Positions 30,149 through 41,257 are shown, counted from the stretch's first letter. The stretch: DNA of 59,239 nucleotides from a virus (IMGVR_UViG_3300033153_005246:1-59239); one strand, 5' to 3'. Program-made: numbers and translations. The notes: a model not told the origin generated them from the sequence alone.

Positions 30149-31366
30149 TCCATCCTCCTATTTTTTAACACTTTAAAATTTCCTATGTTTCCTTTTCTAT
30201 CAATATAATCTATTAACAATTTCACCCACATCTTCGGAGTAATTAACTTTATACCAGTTTTTGAATCCAATTCTGTTACATATACTTTTGGAGTATAATA
30301 ACCATAATGTAATATATCTAGTATAGATCTAGTACCAAAATAATCTTTATCAGCTTTATGTCTTGTGTCCAGCATAATTAGAACTTGAAATAGTACAGAA
30401 TCTATATTAGAATATATTTCAGATGTTGTTACTTTAATGGCTGATCTCCTTCCTTCTTTTCCAACTAAATATACTTGCATTTCACTCTCCTCACCTCATC
30501 CACTGCTTTCTGAACATTCCTCCAATTAGCAATCTCTTTTAGTATTTCAGGTTCATTCATAAATAGCATGGAAATAACTTCCACAGATTCTGCTACACCA
30601 AATCGTTCAACCAAAGCTTTTGCTAAATCATCCCAACTCCAACTTTCATCATCAAATAAGTTTCTAAATACTTCTTTCATTTTACTACCATCCATTCACT
30701 CACAGTTTTTGTCACTTCGTATTCAACTAAAGACACCTCATCTGCTTCCTGATCTTCATAGTAGTTTTCCTGAGATTCTGTTAGACCCTGTTCCCATTCA
30801 AGAGCAAAGTGTTTCCCATCCACTTCAACTATAGTTTTGTTGGTTCTACTCCAACGTCTGTCTTCTCCCTTAATAGTTTCAACATCATTTTCCCAAACTA
30901 ATTTCTCGACTTCGTTTTCTGTAAACTTCCTTTTCATAATTTCTCCTTTAATTTTATTAGTTCTTTCTTATATATAGTCAGATTATCTTCCATAGATTGA
31001 ATCTGCTTTTTGAGTCTTATTTCATTTTTTATTTTAGTTTCTTTTTCCTGATCTTCCCAGTATTTATCAAAATATTCCTGATCAACTAATCCAAGATCTA
31101 AAGCTTCTTCGGATTCTATGGTAGGAAGTATATTCCCATCATCATCACGAACAATACCATCTGCAATAGCAACTTCACTACAATTATTAAAGGAGCATGA
31201 TGGTTCATCATCACCATAATAATAAGCATCTATTTCGGTAAAAATAATCCCTTTATTTGTTTTAATGATAATTGTTTCTGAATCTATTTTGAGTGCCTCG
31301 ATGATTGCTCCTACGGCAGTGTTTTCATTTAAACATTTTAGTTTCATTATTTGCATTTATTTCTCC

Positions 31367-31852
31367 TTAGTAAAATACTTCATCAAAACTGTAAATGTAT
31401 AGTATATCTTGAGTGTAATATTCATTTCCTAATTGGGCACTATAAACTATTCCATCGTAATGAACATTAATATGATTTCCCATCCCACCTTCTACAATTT
31501 TTCTACCAGAATATGTATTCACTATTACTAAATCCATTTTAATTCCAAAAACGATATACGCAATATTTTGAAATAATATTCCAAATTCGTCGCAGTCACC
31601 TGATCCCCTATTTAAAGTATCTTCTGGAGATGTAAATGTCTCAATCATGTCTTCTTTGTAATAAATCCTATGTTGAATCCACGCAGCTATACCTTTAAAT
31701 GATTTAATATCACTAAGATCATATTCAGCAAAATCATAATATTCCACACTTTCCAGCAAATCATAAACAGTTTCATCTATCAGTATAGAAAATAAGTTAC
31801 AGGATGATAAACTAATAATAACCACCACCAATAGTAATAATAACTTTTTCAT
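31367..31852 (-). CDS. Lipoprotein with a transglutaminase-like Cys protease domain
   Basis: Lipoprotein signal ending SLSSC; 'SPEDTL..GSGDCDEF' and a downstream His. Confidence 0.7.
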   Translation of the reverse strand: MKKLLLLLVVVIISLSSCNLFSILIDETVYDLLESVEYYDFAEYDLSDIKSFKGIAAWIQHRIYYKEDMIETFTSPEDTLNRGSGDCDEFGILFQNIAYIVFGIKMDLVIVNTYSGRKIVEGGMGNHINVHYDGIVYSAQLGNEYYTQDILYIYSFDEVFY

Positions 31853-32218
31853 AATCCCTCCTGTTCCAAAATACTATGATAAGGACAATCTTCACTTATC
31901 CATCTTCTTTCTAAACCTAATAATTCACGATTGTCTAATGATGGGCACAGACACCCTGCAAGTTGTAATACATAGGTATGAAAGTTTTTGTCTCTATCAA
32001 ATCCCCAAAAATCTTGGAGTTTATATTCCATTTCAGTAAGTTCTTCTAGTATTTGCTTTGCATTTTCCTTATTTAATTCTTTATCTTCACACAGAATTTC
32101 TTCATAATCCAATAAAGAAGCTATTCCTATACGGATATCAAGTATATCCTTTAAGTTCTTCCAAACATCCTGTTTATCTAAAAGATGCTCGTTAATAGAA
32201 ACTTCTCTTCCATTGTAT

Positions 32219-33181
32219 TTAATTAGCATTGGTTTCTCCTATTTCCAAAATATCTATATTACTTTTCAGAGCCTTAACCCCCAAATCCCTAACCTTAGTT
32301 TCAAGAAATCCTTCTATTTCAGCTTTAGCTTCTTTAACAGTGTCATCAACCTGCTCATTCCACTGAGAAGCTAGGAATGTAAACTGATTAGTCAATGTTC
32401 CAGTAACAGAATCTATCTCATTTAAAATCAAATCCTTTTCAGCTTTTGTAGGTGCTTTCTTAGCTGATAAAATAGTTTTAGTATCTGCTACAAGTGCTTC
32501 CATATTATTTTTAAGATTTTTCATCTCATCTTCAAATTCATTTTGAAACATTGCTCGTTTATCAACAAACTCAGGACGTTCAATCTGCTTTTTATCTGCA
32601 TATACTATAGTACATGGTGTACCATTGGAGTTCATACCAGATGTAAGCATTTCAGAAAATTGTGTGTAACTCATATTTATTTCTACAATAGGAGTGGGTT
32701 TTTCATGATACCAATCACTATTCAAATGTCTGTCAACTTCTGCCTCATGAATACTAATAGAAATACCACCATCATGTCGTATAGAACTACCAAAAAATGT
32801 AGGCTGTCCTCCTGTAAATCTATGAACTTTTATCATCCCGTAAGAAGGATGTGTAGCAGTTGATTTGTCTTTACATATTTCAGGAGAACTGATTCTGCCC
32901 ATAGCATCAAACTTACAGTATTGCCCACTTTCTGCTCTAAGAAAACAATTTTCTCTTTTTACATTTCTGATTTGTTTATCTTGCCATTCAGGGTAATATT
33001 CTATTTTACCATTCTGCTCAACACCAATGATTTTTACTTTTGCAGTAGAAATATTTACTAATGTTATCACTTTAGCTAAGTAATTGTACTGATAACCATT
33101 CTCAGTAGAAGAAAAATAAATAGAATCTCCTTCTTTTAAATCCTGAAATCTTACATCTCTATAGTTTATTATTTTATCCAT
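32219..33181 (-). CDS. Hypothetical phage protein
   Basis: Long ORF; ATG behind an AGGAGG RBS. Confidence 0.6.
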   Translation of the reverse strand: MDKIINYRDVRFQDLKEGDSIYFSSTENGYQYNYLAKVITLVNISTAKVKIIGVEQNGKIEYYPEWQDKQIRNVKRENCFLRAESGQYCKFDAMGRISSPEICKDKSTATHPSYGMIKVHRFTGGQPTFFGSSIRHDGGISISIHEAEVDRHLNSDWYHEKPTPIVEINMSYTQFSEMLTSGMNSNGTPCTIVYADKKQIERPEFVDKRAMFQNEFEDEMKNLKNNMEALVADTKTILSAKKAPTKAEKDLILNEIDSVTGTLTNQFTFLASQWNEQVDDTVKEAKAEIEGFLETKVRDLGVKALKSNIDILEIGETNAN

Positions 33182-33290
33182 TAAATTCTCCTCCTTAAAA
33201 ATATTCACTCAAAAATATTGCTGTACTAATGCACAATATAAACACACCTATAGTTATTATCTCCATATTATTTCTCCTTATCTACTACAA

Positions 33291-33319
33291 AGAATAACAC
33301 ATGTAGTAAGTTTTGTCAA
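33291..33319 (-). promoter_or_regulatory. sigma70-type promoter
   Basis: TTGACA-17-TATTCT with TG extension. Confidence 0.7.
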
Positions 33320-33331
33320 GTATTTTTATTT

Positions 33332-33526
33332 TTATTTTGCTCCTGCTGCTTTTGTAAAACCTTTCCCTTTAAAAATTGCATTAGCAGAAGTATAGGATCT
33401 TTTTAAACCACTATTACATTCTCTACAAACATTCTCTACAAGGAAATTTTCAATCTCTTCATATTCCATTCTCTCAACAATTATACTGTTGCACTTTACA
33501 CATTTAAATTCATAAGTCGCTATCAT
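33332..33526 (-). CDS. FmdB-like zinc-ribbon protein
   Basis: YEFKCVKC...CREC...FKGKGF. Confidence 0.75.
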   Translation of the reverse strand: MIATYEFKCVKCNSIIVERMEYEEIENFLVENVCRECNSGLKRSYTSANAIFKGKGFTKAAGAK

Positions 33527-33648
33527 TTAAGTCCCCCAATAAGTCTTTTAATTAAGTTTATTAATACCACATCTCTGCTCCATTTCACATCCACCCCAAT
33601 ATAGGTACAGATGTCGTTTAATGTAGCTACTATTTCGTTTTCATCCAC

Positions 33649-34206
33649 TTATAACTCCTGTACAATTATATCATATACTTCATGCCAATCTCTTGCTCTA
33701 TTGGCAATCCCATCAGCAACTGTAATCTTTCGATTGTGAGGTCTATCAAATAAGATTCTTCTTCCATTAAAAGATAACATATTCTTATAGTAATCATCTA
33801 CCATCCATCCACCATCTATAGCAGATTTATCAGTCACGAAGTAGAACTTTTTACTATCTAGGAATGGAAAATGATAGGTAAGCCAATTATGTTTGTATTT
33901 ACAAATATCATAATTTCCTGTGACAGAAGAAACCACAAATACATTTGTCAAATCATTTAGATAATTTACAATTTCTACAGCATCGTCCATTGGCTGCATC
34001 TTATCCCAAAGGGATGTATTGCCTACAGGATTTAATAAACTATATATAGCTTTTCCACATTCTGGTTTGGTGAATTGGGAAATATCCCAATCTGTAATAT
34101 CTTCTGTTTGGAGATTGTCCTCCCATAGTTCATTATATATGCTAAGCCATTCTCCTACTAAATCGCCTAATACGTCATCAAGATCCAAGATTAATCGTTT
34201 TTTCAT
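33649..34206 (-). CDS. 5'(3')-deoxyribonucleotidase (HAD family)
   Basis: DLDDVL, K..WL..HFPF, DK, VDD and PHN motifs. Confidence 0.85.
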   Translation of the reverse strand: MKKRLILDLDDVLGDLVGEWLSIYNELWEDNLQTEDITDWDISQFTKPECGKAIYSLLNPVGNTSLWDKMQPMDDAVEIVNYLNDLTNVFVVSSVTGNYDICKYKHNWLTYHFPFLDSKKFYFVTDKSAIDGGWMVDDYYKNMLSFNGRRILFDRPHNRKITVADGIANRARDWHEVYDIIVQEL

Positions 34207-35026
34207 CCTTCCACCTTAATATTTAATTCATTTAGATACTTATCAAATACAGATTTTCTATCTTTATTCATAGTAAAAGTATAAGTAAAAGTAATATTTT
34301 CTTTAGGTAAAGGTTTATCTATTTCCTTATAATCTACAGTATTTATATCTTCTACCCAATATAATCTATCACCACGATCTTGTTTTGAGGACATTATTTC
34401 AGCTGTAATTGTGACTTCATAAAACTTTTTACCAATCTTAACGATAACCAATTCAGTGTCTGTAAAATACCCTTGCCCACACTCAAAATAGTCATCATCC
34501 CAAGGATAATCCTTGAATTTTTCTGGGCATTTTAACCATTCTGGATCTTCAATAACCCCATAATCTATTGGAAGATACTCTTCCATACCAATATCTTCTT
34601 TTGGAATTACAATGTCATCAATTCTGTCCTGCTCATCTTTTTTGGTTTTATATTCAGTATAAATTTCTTCTAATTCTTTAATATCCAAATCCTCTAATTT
34701 TTCAGAATAGTGTTCTCTTTCATTATAATTCCCAAGAGATCTAATATCTAAGATAATATTTTCTTTTGCATCTTTGAGTGTTTTCACGTTTTTTGAAATA
34801 TCTTCTGCGCCTAAATTGATATACATTTCGCCACAATCTTTACATGCCCATTTATTTAATTCTCCTATTACTTGAATTAAAGCCACCTCTCCCGAACATT
34901 CTTTTAAAAGTCTGCCACAATTTTGACATTTACTTTCTTTTACTAATGTTCTAGTTTTGAGCCATAAATCTGTTTTAAACATATCTGTTCTCACACATGT
35001 AACTTTTTCTTTATTCCATTTTTGTT

Positions 35027-35995
35027 TCATACAACATCCTTTATAATATTATTTCTTAATATATTTACCAAATAATTATTAGCCCATTTAAAATTTGGCT
35101 TCTTTGGTAATACCGTTGTTTCTAAAGCTTTTTCACATAGTTTTGCATATGTTTCATGCATTTCCAATAATTCATCTAAATACACATCCCCATTTCTAAT
35201 TCTCATTACATTTATTTTGTGTTCTCCTGTAAATGGGAATTCTAGTTTACTTGTCTCCAATAGCATTAGACCTTCTGCCATAATTCTTATGCTATGCATA
35301 CCAAATTTTAAGTCGTAACCATGAGACAAGAAGGTATCTGTTTTTACCCTCCATCCATAGTTATCTCTTTCGCTAACTAATTTTTCATAATTAACATGAA
35401 GAGGAAGTCCTATATGGAATGATTCTGCATTACCATCTCTGTTCTTATAGAAATCTAAATTTTTATTCATCCAATCAGCATCATCCTGTGTCAGCCCATA
35501 TTTTCTATCAGTCAATTGATCTTTAGTAAATCTATTCTCTACTAATTTAATACCATTTGTTAAAGAAGCATATCTTTCTTTCTTGGTGATTAGTTTCTTT
35601 TTTTGAGAATATGCATAACTTGTAAAAGAAAAATATATTTTCTGAGAAATCAGTTTTTTATAGTTATCTATCAAAGGTTGAAATTCTGGTTCACAAATAA
35701 GTACATTCTCACCTGTGGCAAATAAAGTTTCTACAATATTTGGATTATTTCCCAAAAGCAAATGCATAAATTTAGGAAGAGAATATGATACATCATCAAT
35801 ATCATCTTTTGTATTTCTTCTATCTTCCGACGAAGATTTAGTAGAATTGTTAATCATATCCACTTTATTCAATCCCAGTAAATCCTCATCTGATGGCAGG
35901 AATACAGATAGAAAATCCTCATCTGATTCTGGAGTACTCAATCCGTACAACTGAGAGCCAACTCTTATTCTATATATTATTTTTCTTTCTTTCAT
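35027..35995 (-). CDS. Nucleotidyltransferase (Pol-beta superfamily, YcgL-like)
   Basis: VGSQLYGLSTPESDED, NNPNIVE and YDLKFGMHSIR; start taken at MKERK (ATGA overlap with cca). Confidence 0.8.
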   Translation of the reverse strand: MKERKIIYRIRVGSQLYGLSTPESDEDFLSVFLPSDEDLLGLNKVDMINNSTKSSSEDRRNTKDDIDDVSYSLPKFMHLLLGNNPNIVETLFATGENVLICEPEFQPLIDNYKKLISQKIYFSFTSYAYSQKKKLITKKERYASLTNGIKLVENRFTKDQLTDRKYGLTQDDADWMNKNLDFYKNRDGNAESFHIGLPLHVNYEKLVSERDNYGWRVKTDTFLSHGYDLKFGMHSIRIMAEGLMLLETSKLEFPFTGEHKINVMRIRNGDVYLDELLEMHETYAKLCEKALETTVLPKKPNFKWANNYLVNILRNNIIKDVV

Positions 35996-37326
35996 ATCAT
36001 CTCCTTTGCCACAGTAATAGCTTGTTCTCTGGTTGATACCACCCCATCTAATTGCAGGTTCATGATACAAGTTAAAATAGTGGTAAATCTAGGACTAGGC
36101 TCCAATCCTAATTCAATCAAATCTTTTCCACCAATAATGCATTTTGGTAATACAACTTCATTTTTCAATTCTTCTTTCATTTCATTAATTCTATTAAGCC
36201 AATCAAATTTATTTATTCCATCTTCAGGATCAGCAGGAGTAGATGCCATACTATCTGCATGTGAAACTGTGACTAGTTTATCAAAGTAGGTTTCTGCCAT
36301 AAGCCTTCTTAAAGTAGATCTTTTCATTTTGGAAGCATGTTTGATTCTCATATGATCTTTTACAATAGCTACTGCCGTATCTCTATGGGAAGAAGACGCT
36401 TTAAATCTATTCATAACTTCTTCTGCCATTTCTGCACCTATACTGGCATGTCCAAGATGTTTAATAATCCCCTCTACAATAGTACTGCATTTGGCTTTCC
36501 CAATATCATGCAATAGAGTCCCCCATAATACATCTAAATCATCTGTGTGTTTTCTGGCTTCATTTAAAGCAAGCATGGTGTGTTTCCACGTAGAACCTTC
36601 TGTGTGCCACTTAGGGGATTGGTCAACAAGAATTAGCTCATTTACTTCCTCTAAAATAATAGATAATATACCACAAGTCTTTAACAATCTAAACCCTATA
36701 CTTGGATTTCTAGCTAATAAAATCTTATCCAATTCCATTTTAACTCTTTCAAAAGAAATCTTTACAATACTAGAAGATAATTTAGTAACAGCTTGTCCTG
36801 CTGAAACTTCCAAATCAAAATCCAAAGAAACAGTAAATCTAATTGCTCTCATCATTCTAAGAGCATCTTCTTTAATCCTTTTCTCAGGATCACCGACAAA
36901 TCTAATAATGCTATTTTGAATATCGTCTACCCCACCAAAGAAATCAAACAACTTATTTTCAATAGGATCAAAAAACATAGCATTCATTGTGAAATCTCTT
37001 CTACTGGCATCTTCCTTGAGAGAAGATGTATATTTCACACTATCAGGTCTTCTTCCATCAGAAGTATCTGAATCAGTTCGTAATGTTGCTGCTTCAAACT
37101 GAAGATTATACACAATAACTATAATTACACCAAATGCTTTTCCCACAGGTAATGTATGTCCAAACAATTCTTCGACCTCATCTGGAGAAGCTGATGTGGC
37201 AACATCATAGTCTTTAGGAGTCCTTCCCATAACCTGATCTCTAACACATCCTCCTGCAAATACTGCAATATGTCCCGCATCTTGTAATTTTTTCACAATA
37301 TTTGTGGCTATTTCTTTTTCGTTCAT
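35992..37326 (-). CDS. cca: CCA-adding tRNA nucleotidyltransferase with HD domain
   Basis: AGGCVRD, KDYDVAT, RRDFTMNA, EDALRMMRAIRF, SFER and LLHDIGK motifs. Confidence 0.9.
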   Translation of the reverse strand: MNEKEIATNIVKKLQDAGHIAVFAGGCVRDQVMGRTPKDYDVATSASPDEVEELFGHTLPVGKAFGVIIVIVYNLQFEAATLRTDSDTSDGRRPDSVKYTSSLKEDASRRDFTMNAMFFDPIENKLFDFFGGVDDIQNSIIRFVGDPEKRIKEDALRMMRAIRFTVSLDFDLEVSAGQAVTKLSSSIVKISFERVKMELDKILLARNPSIGFRLLKTCGILSIILEEVNELILVDQSPKWHTEGSTWKHTMLALNEARKHTDDLDVLWGTLLHDIGKAKCSTIVEGIIKHLGHASIGAEMAEEVMNRFKASSSHRDTAVAIVKDHMRIKHASKMKRSTLRRLMAETYFDKLVTVSHADSMASTPADPEDGINKFDWLNRINEMKEELKNEVVLPKCIIGGKDLIELGLEPSPRFTTILTCIMNLQLDGVVSTREQAITVAKEMI

Positions 37327-37335
37327 TATTATCCC

Positions 37336-37881
37336 CTATTCTATAATATCATACCGATATATCAACCATTCAAGAGTATCTAATATTCTGTAGTATAACA
37401 CAGGAAGGTCTTTATTTTCTTCATTATCCCATATTAAATCACTCATTATATAATGCGTTTCCATTACATATTTCTTTATAAATTCTACAGGAACACCATC
37501 AGCCTCAAGAAATAGCACATTATGTAAACGATCTGCTAATTTAATTAAAAGGGCATCTTCACTCATGTTATTCATTCTATCAGTGAGGTACTTTCTCTTA
37601 CTAACTTTTTTTGGTTTGTTAGAAGTTAACTCTTCGACAAGTCCTCCAATCCTATCTCCAAATAATAAGTAAATATCTCTATTACTCACATTATCACAAT
37701 CTTCAGGAACATCATGGAGTAATGCAGCAGCGATTAATTCTGGATCTTTTGTAATATCCTCAATCATCCTAGCTACATACTTAGGATGTGAAAAATAAGG
37801 AAGTCCAATGAACTTCCTTTCCTGTCCTCTGTGGGATGCTTCTGCAAAGTTATAAGCTTTAATTACAATTCTTTTTATCAT
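37336..37881 (-). CDS. HD-domain small alarmone hydrolase (SpoT/Mesh1-like)
   Basis: H.GQ.RK...PYFSHP, AALLHDVPED and IKLADRLHN motifs. Confidence 0.85.
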   Translation of the reverse strand: MIKRIVIKAYNFAEASHRGQERKFIGLPYFSHPKYVARMIEDITKDPELIAAALLHDVPEDCDNVSNRDIYLLFGDRIGGLVEELTSNKPKKVSKRKYLTDRMNNMSEDALLIKLADRLHNVLFLEADGVPVEFIKKYVMETHYIMSDLIWDNEENKDLPVLYYRILDTLEWLIYRYDIIE

Positions 37882-37909
37882 GTATTGCTCCTTTACTCTT
37901 TATAATGAT

Positions 37910-37938
37910 ACTATAGTATGTTTTTTAATTTTTGTCAA
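37910..37938 (-). promoter_or_regulatory. sigma70-type promoter
   Basis: TTGACA-17-TATAGT upstream of the HD-cca-NTase genes. Confidence 0.7.
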
Positions 37939-40688
37939 GCACTTTTTTCATAACCGTATCTTTCCAATAATTCTTCTTCTTCCACATGATCATACCAATT
38001 CCCATTATCATAATATTCTACATCAGCTTTCATCGTATGTTTTACCCATCTATATTTCTTCATGAGATATTCCGTCATGTAATAAATAACAGTATCTCGC
38101 AAACCTTTTCCTATCCATTCAGAAAGATCTTCTGGTGTGTCAAAATACATAGCGTCATGGATTTGAGCACAGATTTTTGTTTTTAAATCATTTTCATCAA
38201 TATACTTCTGTATTTTAGTTTGTGCCTGAAGAACGACATGAAAGGCAGGACCTTGTATTACATACGAATTAGTCTGATTTCTGCTCATAACAGTTGTGGA
38301 ATAAAATCCTGTTTTTAATTTGGTTCTTGTATTTTGTACATAATTTTTCCAATTATCTTTTCTCCATTGTCCAAACTCTCCATAATTATCATTCCAGTAC
38401 CAGTCACAAACTTCCTTTATATGTTCTGTGAATTCTTTTTCATTCGTAATTCCCATCTCTTTAAAATATTGTTTATGAAAATCTTTCATATGTTTATTGT
38501 ATACTGTAGGACCAATGCTCAAGTATATATCACCAAACTGTAAGCTAAAGCTCAGGCCATTCTTAGCAATATATCTCAATTCTTTAAACATTCCTTTTTC
38601 ATTATCATGTTTTTCATCAAATATTCCCATTTCTTTTTTAATATTAAGCATATCTTTTGCTACTTGCTCTAAATCACCCTTAAATAGTTTTTCTGCTAAA
38701 CCAAGATGCATGTCCAACCCTTCTTCCAATTGTTTTAGCATTGTCTTATCTTTATGAATAGAGCACCCAATTCCTACTTCTAATGAGCTGGCGTCCACTC
38801 CCACGATCCTGTTTCCATCCTTTACTTTTAAAGTAGATCTGACCATTTCTGTTGCAAATAAATCATGCTGGCTTTGATTCTGCCAACATGGATTCTGACT
38901 GGAACTTCTATAACTTTTAGGGATATTCAAAGACCATTGTGGATAAATGTGTCCATCTACTGTTTCTTTTTTAATCCCTTTTAAATCTTGAGTCAATTTA
39001 ATTAATTTTGCTATCTCCAAATACATTTTAACAAATTCAGATAGATGAGCAACATCCTTCAATTCTTTTGCTTCAGTCGAGTATTGTTTTTTATCTGTCA
39101 TTTTAGTTTTAGGTAATTTTAAAATGCTAAATAGAAAATCTGCAAGTTGTTTCCCAGATTTATAATTAAACTCTGTATCTCTAACCTCATGCCATTTTTT
39201 AACTTCATCACAGTTTTTAATATTGTATTGAAGTTTAGTTATTTTTTCATCAAGAAGCATTTCGTTCTGGATTAAACGATTTTCATCTATGTTAAAACCA
39301 TTTTCCATCATTCTACAAAAAGACAACATTCCATTATGAAATAAATCATATCCTTTTCTTAAATGTGGATCATCAATAATCTGTGGTCTTTGCCATTCAT
39401 ATAACTTATAAGTGAAGTGTGAATCGAGTGCGCAATAAAGGCACATTTCTTTAAGATCCATTTTATCCATAGTATTAAAACCATTAGTTCCATATAATTC
39501 TTTTTCTTCTTTAGTTGACTTAATAAACTGATCAGCAGCAGAGTCATATCCAAGTATGCCCAGTCTCATATAAGTCTGTATTTTCAAACCAGTGATGTTC
39601 GATCTATTATCAAGTATATGTGTAGCCAACATGCTGTCCCATACAAAATTCTCCGTTCTGTATCCAAACATAACGTGTCCTGCCTGATATTCATAAGCCA
39701 TATTATGACTTATTTTCCCTACTCTGGTAGAACGAAGAAGTCTTTTGAGATTATTCATAAATGGTTTGTTATCATAAAATATAGGAAAACCATAAGAAAC
39801 AATCCCATTACTGAAAGAAACACAATATATTGTATGTCCTTTTTTATGTAGTTTAATACCGGAAGTTTCATAATCAAAGGAGACAAGTGTTTCTTTTTGC
39901 ATACATTTAAGAATATGTGTAGCCTCTTCAACATCCATAATAGCACAAGCTTCTGCTTCATAAGTATCTTTTTGAAATTCTTTTGAAGAGTTTATTCCAT
40001 TAAGATATTTCATAAAGAACTTTTCTTTTAATACAAAATCATCATTATTATATAGTTGTTTATTCTGCCATAATGGAGTATTCTTATCAGGTGTTCTCCA
40101 TTTCCCCCACTTTTTTAATTTCTCCATTCTTATTTTAAGTGGAAGCAGTACAAAATCAGTATCATATATGGGAAGTATTAACTTACCCAATTCCTGATCT
40201 GGTATATGAGCACCATAAAACTTTTCTGTGGGTTTAAGACTCATTCTTCCTCTACATCTATCTCCTATAAGAATTTCTAAAGGAAGTTCTCCTAATGTAA
40301 CTATTTTTTTAGGATCAAGTTGTTTTATTACTCTATGCAATTTATGTTTACAACTGGACATCATTTGGGTTGTCGGAGCTTTTGGATCATCTGAAGCACA
40401 ACGTATAGATGGGACATACCAACAATCTCTTTCCAAATCTATATTGATTTTTCGTAAAGCATGTCTTAAATATTTTCCTTGAAGATCAGACAATAATTTT
40501 CCACTCTTATCATCCCTCCTACTAACCATACCACCAACAATCAAGATTTTTCTGTTTCCTTCCCCAATAAATCCCATCTTGGGACTTTGGCAATGTCTAT
40601 ATTGTTGACAAGATTCACAGGATGAAATTTTTTTAATATTTTTCTTCTTCTTAATTGCCTTCTTATCAAGTTGAAAGAATCCTTCCAT
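37935..40688 (-). CDS. polA: Family A DNA polymerase with N-terminal family-4 UDG-like domain and 3'-5' exonuclease
   Basis: CxxC..C Fe-S-type UDG N-terminus; exonuclease FDYETSG, HN and YCALDS; polymerase RSSS.NP, DASSLE, R...K and QIHD. Confidence 0.9.
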   Translation of the reverse strand: MEGFFQLDKKAIKKKKNIKKISSCESCQQYRHCQSPKMGFIGEGNRKILIVGGMVSRRDDKSGKLLSDLQGKYLRHALRKINIDLERDCWYVPSIRCASDDPKAPTTQMMSSCKHKLHRVIKQLDPKKIVTLGELPLEILIGDRCRGRMSLKPTEKFYGAHIPDQELGKLILPIYDTDFVLLPLKIRMEKLKKWGKWRTPDKNTPLWQNKQLYNNDDFVLKEKFFMKYLNGINSSKEFQKDTYEAEACAIMDVEEATHILKCMQKETLVSFDYETSGIKLHKKGHTIYCVSFSNGIVSYGFPIFYDNKPFMNNLKRLLRSTRVGKISHNMAYEYQAGHVMFGYRTENFVWDSMLATHILDNRSNITGLKIQTYMRLGILGYDSAADQFIKSTKEEKELYGTNGFNTMDKMDLKEMCLYCALDSHFTYKLYEWQRPQIIDDPHLRKGYDLFHNGMLSFCRMMENGFNIDENRLIQNEMLLDEKITKLQYNIKNCDEVKKWHEVRDTEFNYKSGKQLADFLFSILKLPKTKMTDKKQYSTEAKELKDVAHLSEFVKMYLEIAKLIKLTQDLKGIKKETVDGHIYPQWSLNIPKSYRSSSQNPCWQNQSQHDLFATEMVRSTLKVKDGNRIVGVDASSLEVGIGCSIHKDKTMLKQLEEGLDMHLGLAEKLFKGDLEQVAKDMLNIKKEMGIFDEKHDNEKGMFKELRYIAKNGLSFSLQFGDIYLSIGPTVYNKHMKDFHKQYFKEMGITNEKEFTEHIKEVCDWYWNDNYGEFGQWRKDNWKNYVQNTRTKLKTGFYSTTVMSRNQTNSYVIQGPAFHVVLQAQTKIQKYIDENDLKTKICAQIHDAMYFDTPEDLSEWIGKGLRDTVIYYMTEYLMKKYRWVKHTMKADVEYYDNGNWYDHVEEEELLERYGYEKSA

Positions 40689-40757
40689 ATACTATCTCCT
40701 ACCTATTCTACTATTATACATTTCTTTATATAGTTTCCATGATATCTTTTTCATACG

Positions 40758-41234
40758 TTATCTCCCCATTAATTCTTCTATTGTATTATATTCTAAAAAC
40801 ATTATATCCTCCCCTTCAATTCTTCCCACAGATCTCTCGTACCTTCGGCACACCAATCCCCACTCAAACAAATCCCCACACCAACAATAGTATCCCATTG
40901 TATTCTTTATTGGTGCAGATTTTACAAGGTTTGAAAGTTTTTCTGCAACAACATTATAGGGATATTCCAATCCTTCAATATCCCAGATAGAAACCAATTT
41001 GTTATGTTTAATTGCAACCAGATTTCCATATGGTCTAATAAACTGTCGGCAGGAATTACAATCAAATTGCCTACGTTCTTTATAGATTTCGTTTGTTCCT
41101 TCAGGATAACTATCTAAATATGTATCCCAGATTGTGTCTTTGGGGATATCAGTAATAAACAGGTTGTCCTGAGCACTAATCATAGATTCAAATTGTGCTT
41201 GCATAGTGGTTTTAAACTCTTTAAAATTACTCAT
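40758..41234 (-). CDS. Hypothetical phage protein, possibly a truncated N-terminal fragment
   Basis: RBS and ATG; 'DCNSCRQFI' motif; composition changes after APIKN. Confidence 0.5.
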   Translation of the reverse strand: MSNFKEFKTTMQAQFESMISAQDNLFITDIPKDTIWDTYLDSYPEGTNEIYKERRQFDCNSCRQFIRPYGNLVAIKHNKLVSIWDIEGLEYPYNVVAEKLSNLVKSAPIKNTMGYYCWCGDLFEWGLVCRRYERSVGRIEGEDIMFLEYNTIEELMGR

Positions 41235-41257
41235 TTGTTCTCCTTTAAATTTTGTTC

